A stretch of 64,000 nucleotides of DNA from an uncultured Candidatus Actinomarina sp. (GTDB lineage: Bacteria; Actinomycetota; Acidimicrobiia; Actinomarinales; Actinomarinaceae), in assembly GCA_902576605.1 (NCBI GenBank), contig CACGVI010000001.1, forward strand, positions 111,522 through 175,521, written 5' to 3'. Shown here piece by piece: positions 39,804-49,931 of this stretch. Position 1 is the first letter of the stretch; each line of letters starts with the position of its first letter. The notes below the pieces were generated by a model, which saw only the letters and a list, made by a program, of their open reading frames with translations, searched no databases and was not told the origin of the DNA. Made by a program: the position numbers and the translations under genes.

Positions 39804-40414
39804 GTTGGGATGATAAGTTACTAAAACAGGCAAAAAAAATAATTAAGCTATATCCCCAAAAAAGATCTGCAATAGGTCCTCTTTTGCATTTAGCACAAAG
39901 TAAGGATGGTTATATTTCTGATGACTCAATAGCTGTAATAAGTGAATTAGTAGGCATAACAGAAGTACAAGTGAAATCTGTATCGACGTTTTACTCAATG
40001 TACAAACAAGAACCTACTGGTAAATACTTATTAAGTGTTTGTAAATCAATATCGTGTGAGATAAATAATTCAAGTGAAGTAATAAATAAAGTTCAAGAAT
40101 TTACGGGCTTAAATAATAATGAAACTGATGAAGAAAAATTATTTACCTTTGAGGCTGTGGAATGTATTGGAGCTTGTGGTGGAGCTCCAGCAGTGCAAGT
40201 CAATTATGAGACAGTTGAGGGTGTAACTTCTGAAAATGCAGTAAATTTGTGCAAATGGTTAAAAGAAACAAAACCGGAAGTAGTTGTAGCTGATGAAATG
40301 CAAGAAAATTTTGGAGGTATAAAATCTTTCGATTGGGCTATTCAAGATAGCTCTGGTGCTACCTCCACTGCTCCAGGATTTCAGACTTTAAAGACAACAA
40401 AGGTAAAAAAATGA
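39800..40414 (+). CDS. nuoE: NADH-quinone oxidoreductase subunit E
   Basis: 2Fe-2S ligands in SVCKSISCE and ECIGACGGAP. Confidence 0.92.
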   Translation: MSWDDKLLKQAKKIIKLYPQKRSAIGPLLHLAQSKDGYISDDSIAVISELVGITEVQVKSVSTFYSMYKQEPTGKYLLSVCKSISCEINNSSEVINKVQEFTGLNNNETDEEKLFTFEAVECIGACGGAPAVQVNYETVEGVTSENAVNLCKWLKETKPEVVVADEMQENFGGIKSFDWAIQDSSGATSTAPGFQTLKTTKVKK

Positions 40415-41700
40415 AAGAAACGATTCTTCTTACAAAACACATGCGAGAAAATCTAGAAGATAGCCATTTAATTGATAGTTATGAAAAAAATAATGGATAC
40501 TTTACTGCAAAAAAGACACTATTAGAAAGTTCTCCTGAAAAAATATTAGAAGAAATTAAGGCATCAAACATAAGAGGTAGAGGTGGTGCAGGTTTCCCAA
40601 CTGGAGTCAAGTGGGGATTTTTAGCTGAAGATGAAGATCGATATTTAGTAATTAATGCAGACGAGTCAGAACCTGGCACATTTAAAGATAGGATTTTATT
40701 AGAAAGAGATCCACATCAACTTATTGAGGGCATGATTATTACTTGTTTTTCAGCAAATATTAAAGAAGCTTTTATATATATAAGAGGAGAGTATGCCAAG
40801 CCTGCTAGAAGAGTTCAGCAAGCAGTGGAACAAGCATATCAAAAAGGATATTTGGGAAAGAATATATTTGGTTCCGAGATCGACCTTGACATAGTTGTTC
40901 ACCTGGGAGCAGGAGCATATATATGTGGTGAAGAGACCGCACTGCTTAATTCACTCGAAGGTAGAAGGGGGGAACCAAGACTAAAACCTCCTTACTTCCC
41001 AGCAGTAAAAGGTTTATATATGAAACCAACTTTGGTAAACAATGTTGAAACAATTTCCTCTGTACCTTGGATAATTGAGAATGGTGGCGAAGAGTACAAT
41101 AAGTTGGGAGTCGAAGGTTCTACAGGTACTAGGATTTTTAGTTTGTCAGGACATATAAATAACCCAGGCAACTATGAAATTGAAATGGGTAGCTCTTTTG
41201 GTGAATTTGTAGAAACACTAGGTGGGGGTATAAGAAATAATAAAAAAGTGAAAGCTTATATACCTGGAGGTGCTTCTGCTCCATGGTTTAGAGGAGATCA
41301 ACTTGACATAAAAATGACAATAGATGATGTTGCAAACAACAATTCTATGCTTGGCTCAGGTGCTGTGGTGATGATGGATGAAGATACTAATCTCGTAAGC
41401 GCTGCAAAAAGCATAGTCAGTTTTTTTGCACATGAATCATGTGGTCAGTGTACTCCTTGTCGTGAAGGAACTACCTGGCTTGAAATGATACTTGATAGGA
41501 TAGCTAGTGGCAGAGGAAGAACTTCTGATATAAATTTACTACTTGATGTTTGTGATAACATCTCTCCAGGTTTGTCTTGGCCACCTAAAATGACCACAAT
41601 TTGTCCTCTTGGTCCATCTGCGGTTTCTCCAATAACTTCACTAATGAATGATTTTAGAGATGAGGTAGAGAGTTTAATTCCTACGAAAGTTTTTTTATGA
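40411..41700 (+). CDS. nuoF: NADH-quinone oxidoreductase subunit F
   Basis: GRGGAGFPTG FMN/NADH site and ESCGQCTPCREG N3 cluster. Confidence 0.95.
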   Translation: MKETILLTKHMRENLEDSHLIDSYEKNNGYFTAKKTLLESSPEKILEEIKASNIRGRGGAGFPTGVKWGFLAEDEDRYLVINADESEPGTFKDRILLERDPHQLIEGMIITCFSANIKEAFIYIRGEYAKPARRVQQAVEQAYQKGYLGKNIFGSEIDLDIVVHLGAGAYICGEETALLNSLEGRRGEPRLKPPYFPAVKGLYMKPTLVNNVETISSVPWIIENGGEEYNKLGVEGSTGTRIFSLSGHINNPGNYEIEMGSSFGEFVETLGGGIRNNKKVKAYIPGGASAPWFRGDQLDIKMTIDDVANNNSMLGSGAVVMMDEDTNLVSAAKSIVSFFAHESCGQCTPCREGTTWLEMILDRIASGRGRTSDINLLLDVCDNISPGLSWPPKMTTICPLGPSAVSPITSLMNDFRDEVESLIPTKVFL

Positions 41701-44009
41701 GTGAAAAAGTTAATTTAAATGTTAACGGTATAGAAATTGAGTCTGATCCTAACAAACTATTAATTGAAGCATGTGAAGATTCTGGAATTCACATTCCAAG
41801 ATTTTGTTGGCACAAACGCTTAGATCCGGTTGGTATGTGCAGAATGTGTCTAGTTGAAGTTGAAACACCAAGAGGAAAAATTTTAGTGCCATCTTGTACA
41901 ACTGAAGTCGGTGATGAAATGGTTGTTGATACCGAGTCTGATGTTGTGAAAAAAGCTCAAGAGGGAGTCTTAGAATTTCTATTGATAAATCACCCTCTTG
42001 ATTGTCCTATATGTGATAAAGCCGGAGAGTGTCCGCTTCAAGATCAAACAATGGCTTACGGTCCTGGAGAAAGTCGTTTTGTTGAGGAAAAAAGGCACTT
42101 TGAAAAACCGATAAATATATCTGAAATAATTTTGCTTGACCGAGAGAGATGTATTTTATGTGCAAGATGTACAAGGTTCTCAGATGAAATTTCAGGTGAT
42201 CCATTAATTGAGTTTATTCAAAGAGGAAATAAAACAGAAGTCAACACTTTTCCAAATGAACCTTTTAGGTCATACTTTTCAGGCAATACTGTTCAGATTT
42301 GTCCAGTTGGTGCTTTAACTTCTACATCCTACAGATTCAAAGCAAGGCCTTGGGACCTAAAATCTACAAGATCAACTTGCAACGGTTGTTCAATGGGTTG
42401 CTCAATAGAATTAAATTCATCGCAAAATAAAATGTTAAGAATTCTTGGTGTCGATAATGATGCTGTTAATCAAGGATGGATATGTGATAAAGGTCGATAC
42501 AATTTTGAATATTTGAATTCTGACTCAAGATTAAAAAACCCTCTTAAAAAGATGGATAATGAATTTGTAGAAATCGAAATTCAGGATGTATATTCTGAAC
42601 TTTCAGAAGTTATAAAAGACAAACAAACAAAAGTTAACTTTTTACTTGGTTCAAATTTAACTAACGAAGACTATGTTGCGTTTAGAGAATTTTCAGAAAT
42701 TATTTCTCAGTCTGAAAAAAGTTTTTATTTAAATGATGACTTGTTATTCAAAGGATTTTTTGGAGATAATATAGAATTAGCTAAGATTGACGATTTAAAC
42801 TCATCTGATGCAATAGTTGTATGGGCTGAAGATTTGAAAGAAAAAATTCCTGTTCTTTATTTAAGAATTCGACAAGCTGTAAAAAATGGTGTTAAGTTAG
42901 TTGTTTTTGGCCACACGAACGAGACCTTAAGTGACATCGCAGATGTATATTATGGTAAAGAAACAGTCTCAGAAAACTTTGAAATAGTAAAAGATGTTTC
43001 AAAACTTAAAGAAATTAAGGATTTAGTAATTGGTAAAAATATTACGGCAATTCTGGGTAAAGCTACGCCATATCAGTCTGATGAAAGTGTCACAAAGTTA
43101 TTTGAATTTTTAAATTTAAATACAAATTCAAAAGTATTAAATGCTTACTCAAAAGGCAATACTTATGGAGCTTTTAAAACTTTAGAAAATGTAAAAGGAC
43201 TAAATGATTTTGTTAATGATATATCAAAAGAAAGCACAGACCTATTATTTATTGTGGGTGCAGACCCTGTTGGCCGTTCAGTATATTCAAATCAAATAAA
43301 ATCAATAATTAAAGGGCTTGATATAGTTGTATCATTAGACAATTTCAATCATGAAACTTCAGAACAGGCTAACTTTGTGATACCAATTAGTTCAACATTG
43401 GGTGAAAAAGAAGGCACTTTTACGAATATTGAATTTAGAACATCTCGTATTGATAAACTTGTTCCATCTCCAGGACAAACTGTTAGTGATTGGGAATTTA
43501 TAACCAGTTTAATGAATTTTGCAGGGTTAACAGTTAAGACTAATAGCTTAGAAGACCTTAATACAAAAGCTTATGAAAATCTTGAGGATTCTGTAAGTCC
43601 AGTATTTGATAATTTAGATAAACCATCAAATTTAGATGGAATGGTAAATGTATCTAAACCAAAAATTTCCTCGTCAGTGAGAACTCTCATAAAGACTATG
43701 TTTTTTACTGGAGAAAAACTTTATGGAGATTCTGTTACCGTAAGGCACTCCGATAGCATTTCTTTATTAGGTTCGAAAAAATACATTGAAGTAAGTGAGA
43801 GTTTAGCTGAAAAATATAATCTAACTTCAGGTAAATGTACATTAATACAAGATGAATTAGAAGTTACTGTTAGCTATGAAGTTAGCAAAAGTTTACCTAA
43901 TGACTTAATTTATGTCCCAAAAAATAGAAGAGATCTAAATAAGTTTGATTTCTCAAGGGAAATTAACATTATACCTAGTCAGGTGAAAGAAGCGCTAAAT
44001 GTCAACTGA
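41697..44009 (+). CDS. nuoG: NADH-quinone oxidoreductase subunit G
   Basis: N-terminal 2Fe-2S (CWHKRL...CRMCLVEV), HPLDCPICDKAGECPLQD and CILCARCTRF. Confidence 0.93.
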   Translation: MSEKVNLNVNGIEIESDPNKLLIEACEDSGIHIPRFCWHKRLDPVGMCRMCLVEVETPRGKILVPSCTTEVGDEMVVDTESDVVKKAQEGVLEFLLINHPLDCPICDKAGECPLQDQTMAYGPGESRFVEEKRHFEKPINISEIILLDRERCILCARCTRFSDEISGDPLIEFIQRGNKTEVNTFPNEPFRSYFSGNTVQICPVGALTSTSYRFKARPWDLKSTRSTCNGCSMGCSIELNSSQNKMLRILGVDNDAVNQGWICDKGRYNFEYLNSDSRLKNPLKKMDNEFVEIEIQDVYSELSEVIKDKQTKVNFLLGSNLTNEDYVAFREFSEIISQSEKSFYLNDDLLFKGFFGDNIELAKIDDLNSSDAIVVWAEDLKEKIPVLYLRIRQAVKNGVKLVVFGHTNETLSDIADVYYGKETVSENFEIVKDVSKLKEIKDLVIGKNITAILGKATPYQSDESVTKLFEFLNLNTNSKVLNAYSKGNTYGAFKTLENVKGLNDFVNDISKESTDLLFIVGADPVGRSVYSNQIKSIIKGLDIVVSLDNFNHETSEQANFVIPISSTLGEKEGTFTNIEFRTSRIDKLVPSPGQTVSDWEFITSLMNFAGLTVKTNSLEDLNTKAYENLEDSVSPVFDNLDKPSNLDGMVNVSKPKISSSVRTLIKTMFFTGEKLYGDSVTVRHSDSISLLGSKKYIEVSESLAEKYNLTSGKCTLIQDELEVTVSYEVSKSLPNDLIYVPKNRRDLNKFDFSREINIIPSQVKEALNVN

Positions 44010-45096
44010 GTTAATAATTGCATTAATTAAATCAAATATTGTTTTAGCTGTTTTGCTTACTAACACAATACTGTTGATATGGCTTGAAAGGAAATTAGTT
44101 GCTGGAATGCAGTCCAGAGTAGGGCCTGACAGAGCTGGCCCCTTTGGAATATTACAAACTGTAGCGGATGCAATTAAATTATTATTAAAAGAACAAATAA
44201 TGCCTCTAAAAGCTGATAGAGCAATGTATCTATTGGCTCCAATTATTGCTTTAGTGCCGTCTTTTTTAATTTTTATGATCATTCCATTGGGTCCGGACTT
44301 AAACATTGAAATCGGTGGTAAAAATTATATGGTTGATTTTGTTGGTGCGGACTTGAATGTAGGTGTTCTTTATTTCTTAGCTTTGTCCTCTATTGCTGTA
44401 TATAGTGTAGTTTTAGCTGGGTGGTCTTCCGGCTCCAAATATCCACTTCTTGGGGGTGTTAGAGCTTCTGCACAAATGATTTCTTACGAGGCAGCTATGG
44501 GATTGTCTTTAGTACCAGTAATCCTATATTCTGGCTCGCTATCTCTTGTAGATATAGTTAGTAGTCAGTCGGGAAATTTATCAACAACTGTTCCGATTCT
44601 AAGCTCAATTGTTTCGTTTATTCCTAATTGGAATATTTTTCCGCAATTTATTGCATTTGGTATATTTTTTATAGCTGCTGTAGCTGAGGTTAACAGAGCT
44701 CCTTTTGACTTAGTAGAAGCTGAGCAAGAGTTGGTAGGAGGGTTTCATACAGAATACTCTGGATTTAGGTTCGCAATGTTTTTCTTAGCTGAGTATATAA
44801 ATATGTTCAACATGTGTGCGATTACTGCAACCTTTTTTCTAGGGGGGTGGCTTGGTCCTACTTTTGATGGGTTTTTGCCTCCAATCCTATCTGCAATTAT
44901 GCCAATTATTTGGTTAGGAGTTAAGACGTTTGCACTTTTATTTATATTTGTTTGGATAAGAGCTACATTACCAAGGCTCAGATATGATCAATTAATGGAG
45001 CTTGGATGGAAAAGACTTATACCAGCATCACTAGTATGGCTTATATTGTCCGCAATTGTTTTAGGATTAAGAGAGTTTGGTTTACCTTGGAGTTAA
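43999..45096 (+). CDS. nuoH: NADH-quinone oxidoreductase subunit H
   Basis: ND1 family: ERKLVAGMQSRVGPDRAGPFGILQ, and AEVNRAPFDLVEAEQELVGGFHTEYSG. Confidence 0.95.
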   Translation: MSTELIIALIKSNIVLAVLLTNTILLIWLERKLVAGMQSRVGPDRAGPFGILQTVADAIKLLLKEQIMPLKADRAMYLLAPIIALVPSFLIFMIIPLGPDLNIEIGGKNYMVDFVGADLNVGVLYFLALSSIAVYSVVLAGWSSGSKYPLLGGVRASAQMISYEAAMGLSLVPVILYSGSLSLVDIVSSQSGNLSTTVPILSSIVSFIPNWNIFPQFIAFGIFFIAAVAEVNRAPFDLVEAEQELVGGFHTEYSGFRFAMFFLAEYINMFNMCAITATFFLGGWLGPTFDGFLPPILSAIMPIIWLGVKTFALLFIFVWIRATLPRLRYDQLMELGWKRLIPASLVWLILSAIVLGLREFGLPWS

Positions 45097-45099
45097 GTT

Positions 45100-45714
45100 A
45101 TGAGTGACAGTTTTGGTTTAATAAAAGGATTGAAAGTAACTTTCAAAGAATTATTTAGAAAATCAGTCACCGATAAATATCCAAAGGAATTCAGAGAAAA
45201 GCCTCAAAGATTTCACGGTCGTCACGTTTTAAATAAGTATGAAGATGGTATGGAAAAATGTATAGGTTGTGAGCTGTGTGCAGGAGTTTGCCCAGCACAA
45301 TGCATTTATGTTCGAGGAGAGGATAATCCAGAAGAAAATCCTGTAAGCCCGGGAGAACGATATGGATTCATTTATGAAATAAATATGCTCAGGTGTATTT
45401 ACTGTGCCTTATGTGTGGAAGCTTGTCCTACTGAAGCTATCACCATGACTTCTCTTTTTGAGATGAGTGTTGCTAATAGGTCCGAAGCTATATTTGATAA
45501 AGATGTCTTAGTTGTAAAAGATGATGGAACTCCTAATACCCACGAGAATCAAACTAAATTAACTAATGTTGATGATTTAAATACCTCTGATGGATGGATG
45601 AGAGCAACCTCCCCTAATGGAAATCCAAATTTTCAAAATATAGTGAATTGGTCAGGCTCACTTGGAGTAGGAAAGAAACCCCCTGAAGAAGGACAGACAT
45701 TGGAGGAAGAGTAA
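45100..45714 (+). CDS. nuoI: NADH-quinone oxidoreductase subunit I
   Basis: Two 4Fe-4S motifs, CIGCELCAGVCP and CIYCALCVEACP, plus a C-terminal extension. Confidence 0.95.
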   Translation: MSDSFGLIKGLKVTFKELFRKSVTDKYPKEFREKPQRFHGRHVLNKYEDGMEKCIGCELCAGVCPAQCIYVRGEDNPEENPVSPGERYGFIYEINMLRCIYCALCVEACPTEAITMTSLFEMSVANRSEAIFDKDVLVVKDDGTPNTHENQTKLTNVDDLNTSDGWMRATSPNGNPNFQNIVNWSGSLGVGKKPPEEGQTLEEE

Positions 45715-45715
45715 A

Positions 45716-46243
45716 TTGGTTGAGGCGCTTTTATTCTTTGCTCCAGCAAGTCTCATTATCATAGGCGCACTCATTGTTATTTTTGCTAGAAATCCTGTTC
45801 ATAACGCTATGGGTTTAGTTTTGACATTAGTTTCGTTAGCAATAATTTATATCACTTTAAATGCGACTTTTGTTGCAATGGTTCAAATGTTAGTTTACGC
45901 CGGGGCTGTAATGACTTTGTTTCTTTTCGTAATAATGATGATTGGTGTTGATAAAAAAGAACAATCAACTGACTCAATTAAAGGTCAAACATTTTTAGTT
46001 ATTGGAGTTTTTTTAATTCTTATTTCATTATTAGCATACGTAGCAGTCAGTTCTGAATTTAAATGGGATCTCTGGTTTCCTCCAGTAGAATATGATTTAG
46101 AGGGAACACCGCAACTCATTGCGGGTGTTTTATTTACAGAATGGATATTTCCGTTTGAAATCATCTCCATATTGTTGATTGTTGCAACAGCAGCAGCTAT
46201 TGCATTAGCTTATGATACAAAGAAAAAGAATAGTAATGCTTGA
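45716..46243 (+). CDS. nuoJ: NADH-quinone oxidoreductase subunit J
   Basis: ND6-like, 5 TM helices, consistent position in the operon. TTG start. Confidence 0.88.
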   Translation: MVEALLFFAPASLIIIGALIVIFARNPVHNAMGLVLTLVSLAIIYITLNATFVAMVQMLVYAGAVMTLFLFVIMMIGVDKKEQSTDSIKGQTFLVIGVFLILISLLAYVAVSSEFKWDLWFPPVEYDLEGTPQLIAGVLFTEWIFPFEIISILLIVATAAAIALAYDTKKKNSNA

Positions 46244-46544
46244 AGTAACTACTGATTGGTATCTCACGCTTGCCGCAATGCTCTTCACTATCGGGTTCTT
46301 AGGTATGATGATTAGAAAAAATGCTCTAATTATGTTTATGTGTATTGAGCTTATGCTCAATGCTGTAAATTTAACATTTATTTCGGCATCTAATCATTTT
46401 GGAAAAATTGATGGTCAAGTTTTTGTTTTTTTTGTTTTAGTTGTTGCAGCTGCAGAAGTGGTGGTTGGATTAGCAATTATTGTTTCTATTTTTAGGAAGC
46501 AATCTTCAGCCTCGGTTGATGTGCTGAATGTGTCAAGAGGTTAA
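46236..46544 (+). CDS. nuoK: NADH-quinone oxidoreductase subunit K
   Basis: ND4L-like, 3 TM helices with conserved Glu ([21 protein letters not shown]). I prefer the ATG at 46236, which overlaps the nuoJ stop. Confidence 0.9.
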   Translation: MLEVTTDWYLTLAAMLFTIGFLGMMIRKNALIMFMCIELMLNAVNLTFISASNHFGKIDGQVFVFFVLVVAAAEVVVGLAIIVSIFRKQSSASVDVLNVSRG

Positions 46545-46545
46545 A

Positions 46546-48447
46546 TTGGAATTACTTTTTTTACTTCCAATTTTTCTTCCACTTCTTACATCATTTTTTT
46601 TATTTTTGAATAAAAAATTATTCAATGAATTAGTTACTAACTTTTTCACATTAAATGGAGCACTATTAGCATTTGCTATCGCTGCGTATTCATTTATTGC
46701 ACTAGCGCTTGATAAATTTAAACCAGTAAATGTTGAGCTGTTCCAGTGGATTTCTAATCCTGATATAAGTATCGGCTTTACCCTTGATGGGTTATCTGGA
46801 ATTATGCTGATATTAGTGACAGGATTATCTTTTGTAATTCAACTTTTTTCTACTTCGTACATGGCAAAAGACGAAAATCATTGTAATTATTTTGTATATT
46901 TTAACTTTTTTGTTTTTTCAATGTTGCTATTAGTCATGTCATCAAACTTCTTAGTAATGTTCTTTGGTTGGGAATTGGTTGGTTTAAGTTCATATCTTTT
47001 AATATCATTTTGGTCAAAAAAACCAGCAGCTGCAAAAGCAGGAAATAAAGCATTTGTCATAAATAGAATCGGGGATTTTGGATTTTTAATTGGATTAATG
47101 ATTATTTTGGATACATTTAATACATTTGATTTTTATAAAATTTTACAAAATACTAGTGGAGTAGCAGAGTCAACTATAACTTCTATATCACTCTTTTTAT
47201 TACTTGGTGCTTTTGGTAAATCTGCTCAGTTTCCTCTTTTTAGCTGGCTTCCAGATGCCATGGAGGGCCCAACCCCTGCAAGTGCTCTTATTCATGCAGC
47301 TACAATGGTTACGGCTGGGGTATTTATGCTTGTTCGAATATCTCCAATATTACAATACTCAAAAATAGCTAGCTTAGTCATAATAGTCTTTGGACTTATA
47401 ACAGCACTTCTTGCTGCTTTTTCAGCTATAAATCAATTTGATATTAAAAAAGTGCTAGCTTATTCAACAATTTCTCAGCTTGGGTTTATGTTTATTGCAA
47501 TTGGAGCAGGTGCATACGTCGCTGCAATTTTTCATTTGGTCACTCATGCATTTTTTAAAGCACTTTTGTTTCTAGGTGCTGGCGCTGTAATACATTCTAT
47601 GCACCATGAACAGGATATTAGAAAAATGGGTGGTCTTAGAAAAAAAATGCCAATCACTGCATCCATGATGGGAGTTGGAACTCTTGCAATATCAGGAATT
47701 CCACCTCTTGCAGGTTTTTGGTCAAAAGACGAAATACTTGCTTCTGTTTTTGTAAATGGAGGAGTCTATTATATTTTTTGGGCTTTAGCATTAGGTGCGG
47801 CTTTTCTTACAGCGTTCTATATGGGAAGACATTGGTTGCTAATTTTTGAAAAAGATAATGGTTTTGATCACTCAGATGTAGCTGAAGCACCAAAAGCAAT
47901 GACAAGACCTCTACTACTTTTAGGTATATTCTCGATATTTATCGGTTTTATAAATACCCCATTTTTTCATGGTTTAGAAAAAGTTTTACATGTAACTCTA
48001 GAGAATGTTGAAGTAACGCATCTACCAAAGGGTATTACATTAGTTGTGCTAGCAGTAATTTCTATTGGCGCAGGTTTTACAGGACTAATAGTTGCCTTTT
48101 TCTTATTTGGAATAGAACTTCATAAAAGAATTGACTTAAAAAAATTTAAACTTGAAAGTCCAATTAAACTGGTTAAAGATCTTTCTTCAAATATCTTTTA
48201 TTTAAATAAGCTTGGTAATCTTTTCTTTGTCTCCGGCATGAAGAACTTTACTCGTAAAGTAGCAGTTGTTGTGGATGGAATGTTGATTGATGGATCAGTT
48301 AATTTTGTATCAAATGCATTTAATAAAAGTTCTAAAATAACTTCTACAACTCAAACTGGTCTAGTAAGAAATTACATAGTTTACTTTGGGTTATTTCTAG
48401 TAATTCTTTTAGCATTGTTTATTGTTAATCCATTGGTGCCTAGATGA
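46546..48447 (+). CDS. nuoL: NADH-quinone oxidoreductase subunit L
   Basis: ND5 family: WLPDAMEGPTPASALIHAATMV. I prefer the TTG at 46546 (AAGAGG 5 nt upstream); the alternative is the ATG at 46528. Confidence 0.92.
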   Translation: MELLFLLPIFLPLLTSFFLFLNKKLFNELVTNFFTLNGALLAFAIAAYSFIALALDKFKPVNVELFQWISNPDISIGFTLDGLSGIMLILVTGLSFVIQLFSTSYMAKDENHCNYFVYFNFFVFSMLLLVMSSNFLVMFFGWELVGLSSYLLISFWSKKPAAAKAGNKAFVINRIGDFGFLIGLMIILDTFNTFDFYKILQNTSGVAESTITSISLFLLLGAFGKSAQFPLFSWLPDAMEGPTPASALIHAATMVTAGVFMLVRISPILQYSKIASLVIIVFGLITALLAAFSAINQFDIKKVLAYSTISQLGFMFIAIGAGAYVAAIFHLVTHAFFKALLFLGAGAVIHSMHHEQDIRKMGGLRKKMPITASMMGVGTLAISGIPPLAGFWSKDEILASVFVNGGVYYIFWALALGAAFLTAFYMGRHWLLIFEKDNGFDHSDVAEAPKAMTRPLLLLGIFSIFIGFINTPFFHGLEKVLHVTLENVEVTHLPKGITLVVLAVISIGAGFTGLIVAFFLFGIELHKRIDLKKFKLESPIKLVKDLSSNIFYLNKLGNLFFVSGMKNFTRKVAVVVDGMLIDGSVNFVSNAFNKSSKITSTTQTGLVRNYIVYFGLFLVILLALFIVNPLVPR

Positions 48448-49931
48448 TATCTATTTTGTTTTCTTTGCTACTAGTCCCACTTTTTAGTGCAATGCTAATA
48501 TTCATAATTCCTAATTCAAGAAAAGAAACATTTAGGCCAATTGGAATTGCATTTTCTTTAATAACATTAACTCAATGTGTTTACTTACTCTTTGGAGAGT
48601 ATGCAAAAACAGAGTTTAAAATTCTATCAACTTTTGAATGGATACAATCTTATGGAATAAATTTACATTTCGGTCTTTCTGGAATATCTACTTTATTGTT
48701 ATTGTTGAGCTCATTATTAGTTTTTGTTTCACTACTGTCTATTGGTAAAGATCACTCTGAAAGCAAAGGGTTTGTTGGCTCACTATTAATGCTGCATTTT
48801 GCAATAAATGGAGTATTTATTAGCGGTGATTTAATTTCATTATTTATATTTTTTGAAGCATTATTAATTCCTATGTATTTCTTAATGGGAATATGGGGAG
48901 GAGAAAATCGTCGATACGCAACTATAAAATTTATTCTTTACACTGTATTTGGTTCGGTATTTATTTTTATTGGAACAGTTTACACAGCAGTTATAAGCTA
49001 TGGAGTTAATGGAAAGTTTTCTGTTGATTTTGAAACACTTTCTTTATTGAGTTTGCTTGAATCACAGTCAAAAACTTTATTTTTATTATTTACATTTGGG
49101 TTTTTAATAAAAGTACCTATATTCCCTTTGCATACATGGTTACCTGATGCACACGTTGAGGCTCCAACTGCTGGAAGTATAATGTTGGCTGGAGTTCTTC
49201 TAAAAGTTGGTGCTTATGGTGTGTTTAGAGTCTCTATACCATTTTTTACGGAGGGTTTTTTAGCTTACAAAAACTGGATTGCAATACTATCCGTAATTGG
49301 AATTATTTATGGAGCCATTGTTGCAATTGCTCAAATTGATATCAAAAAATTAATTGCATATTCATCAGTAAGTCATATGGGATTTGTTATGTTAGGAATT
49401 TCAGCAGGTGGCTTCTTATCTATTGAAGGTGCTTTGATACAAATGATAAACCATGGTATAACTGCAGGAGCTTTGTTCATGCTTGTTGGATTTATTTATG
49501 AAAGAAGGCATACGAGGAAGATAAGTGATTTTGGTGGTATTAAAATTTCTATGCCAAGGTATGCTGCTATATTTTTATTTACCTCATTCGCATCAATTGG
49601 CCTTCCTGGATTAAATGGCTTTGTTGGAGAATTTATGATTTTGATGGGTAGTTATAATAGTTACAAAATTCTTACTTCTTTTGCTGCATTTGGAGTAGTG
49701 TTGGCAGCAATATATATGTTATGGGCTTATCAAAGAATGTTTACTGGACCTATCAAGTATGAAGAAAATAAAAATTTATCGGATTTGAATAGCCGTGAGA
49801 CCGCTTCAGTATTACCTCTTTTATTACTAATGCTATTCATAGGGGTATATCCAAGTTACATAGAAAGCTTTGTAATTAAAGAAGCGGTAATTTTGAGCGA
49901 TACGATTGCATTATTTATGGAGTTGAAATGA
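48444..49931 (+). CDS. nuoM: NADH-quinone oxidoreductase subunit M
   Basis: ND4 family: HTWLPDAHVEAPTAGSIMLAGVLLK. Confidence 0.94.
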   Translation: MISILFSLLLVPLFSAMLIFIIPNSRKETFRPIGIAFSLITLTQCVYLLFGEYAKTEFKILSTFEWIQSYGINLHFGLSGISTLLLLLSSLLVFVSLLSIGKDHSESKGFVGSLLMLHFAINGVFISGDLISLFIFFEALLIPMYFLMGIWGGENRRYATIKFILYTVFGSVFIFIGTVYTAVISYGVNGKFSVDFETLSLLSLLESQSKTLFLLFTFGFLIKVPIFPLHTWLPDAHVEAPTAGSIMLAGVLLKVGAYGVFRVSIPFFTEGFLAYKNWIAILSVIGIIYGAIVAIAQIDIKKLIAYSSVSHMGFVMLGISAGGFLSIEGALIQMINHGITAGALFMLVGFIYERRHTRKISDFGGIKISMPRYAAIFLFTSFASIGLPGLNGFVGEFMILMGSYNSYKILTSFAAFGVVLAAIYMLWAYQRMFTGPIKYEENKNLSDLNSRETASVLPLLLLMLFIGVYPSYIESFVIKEAVILSDTIALFMELK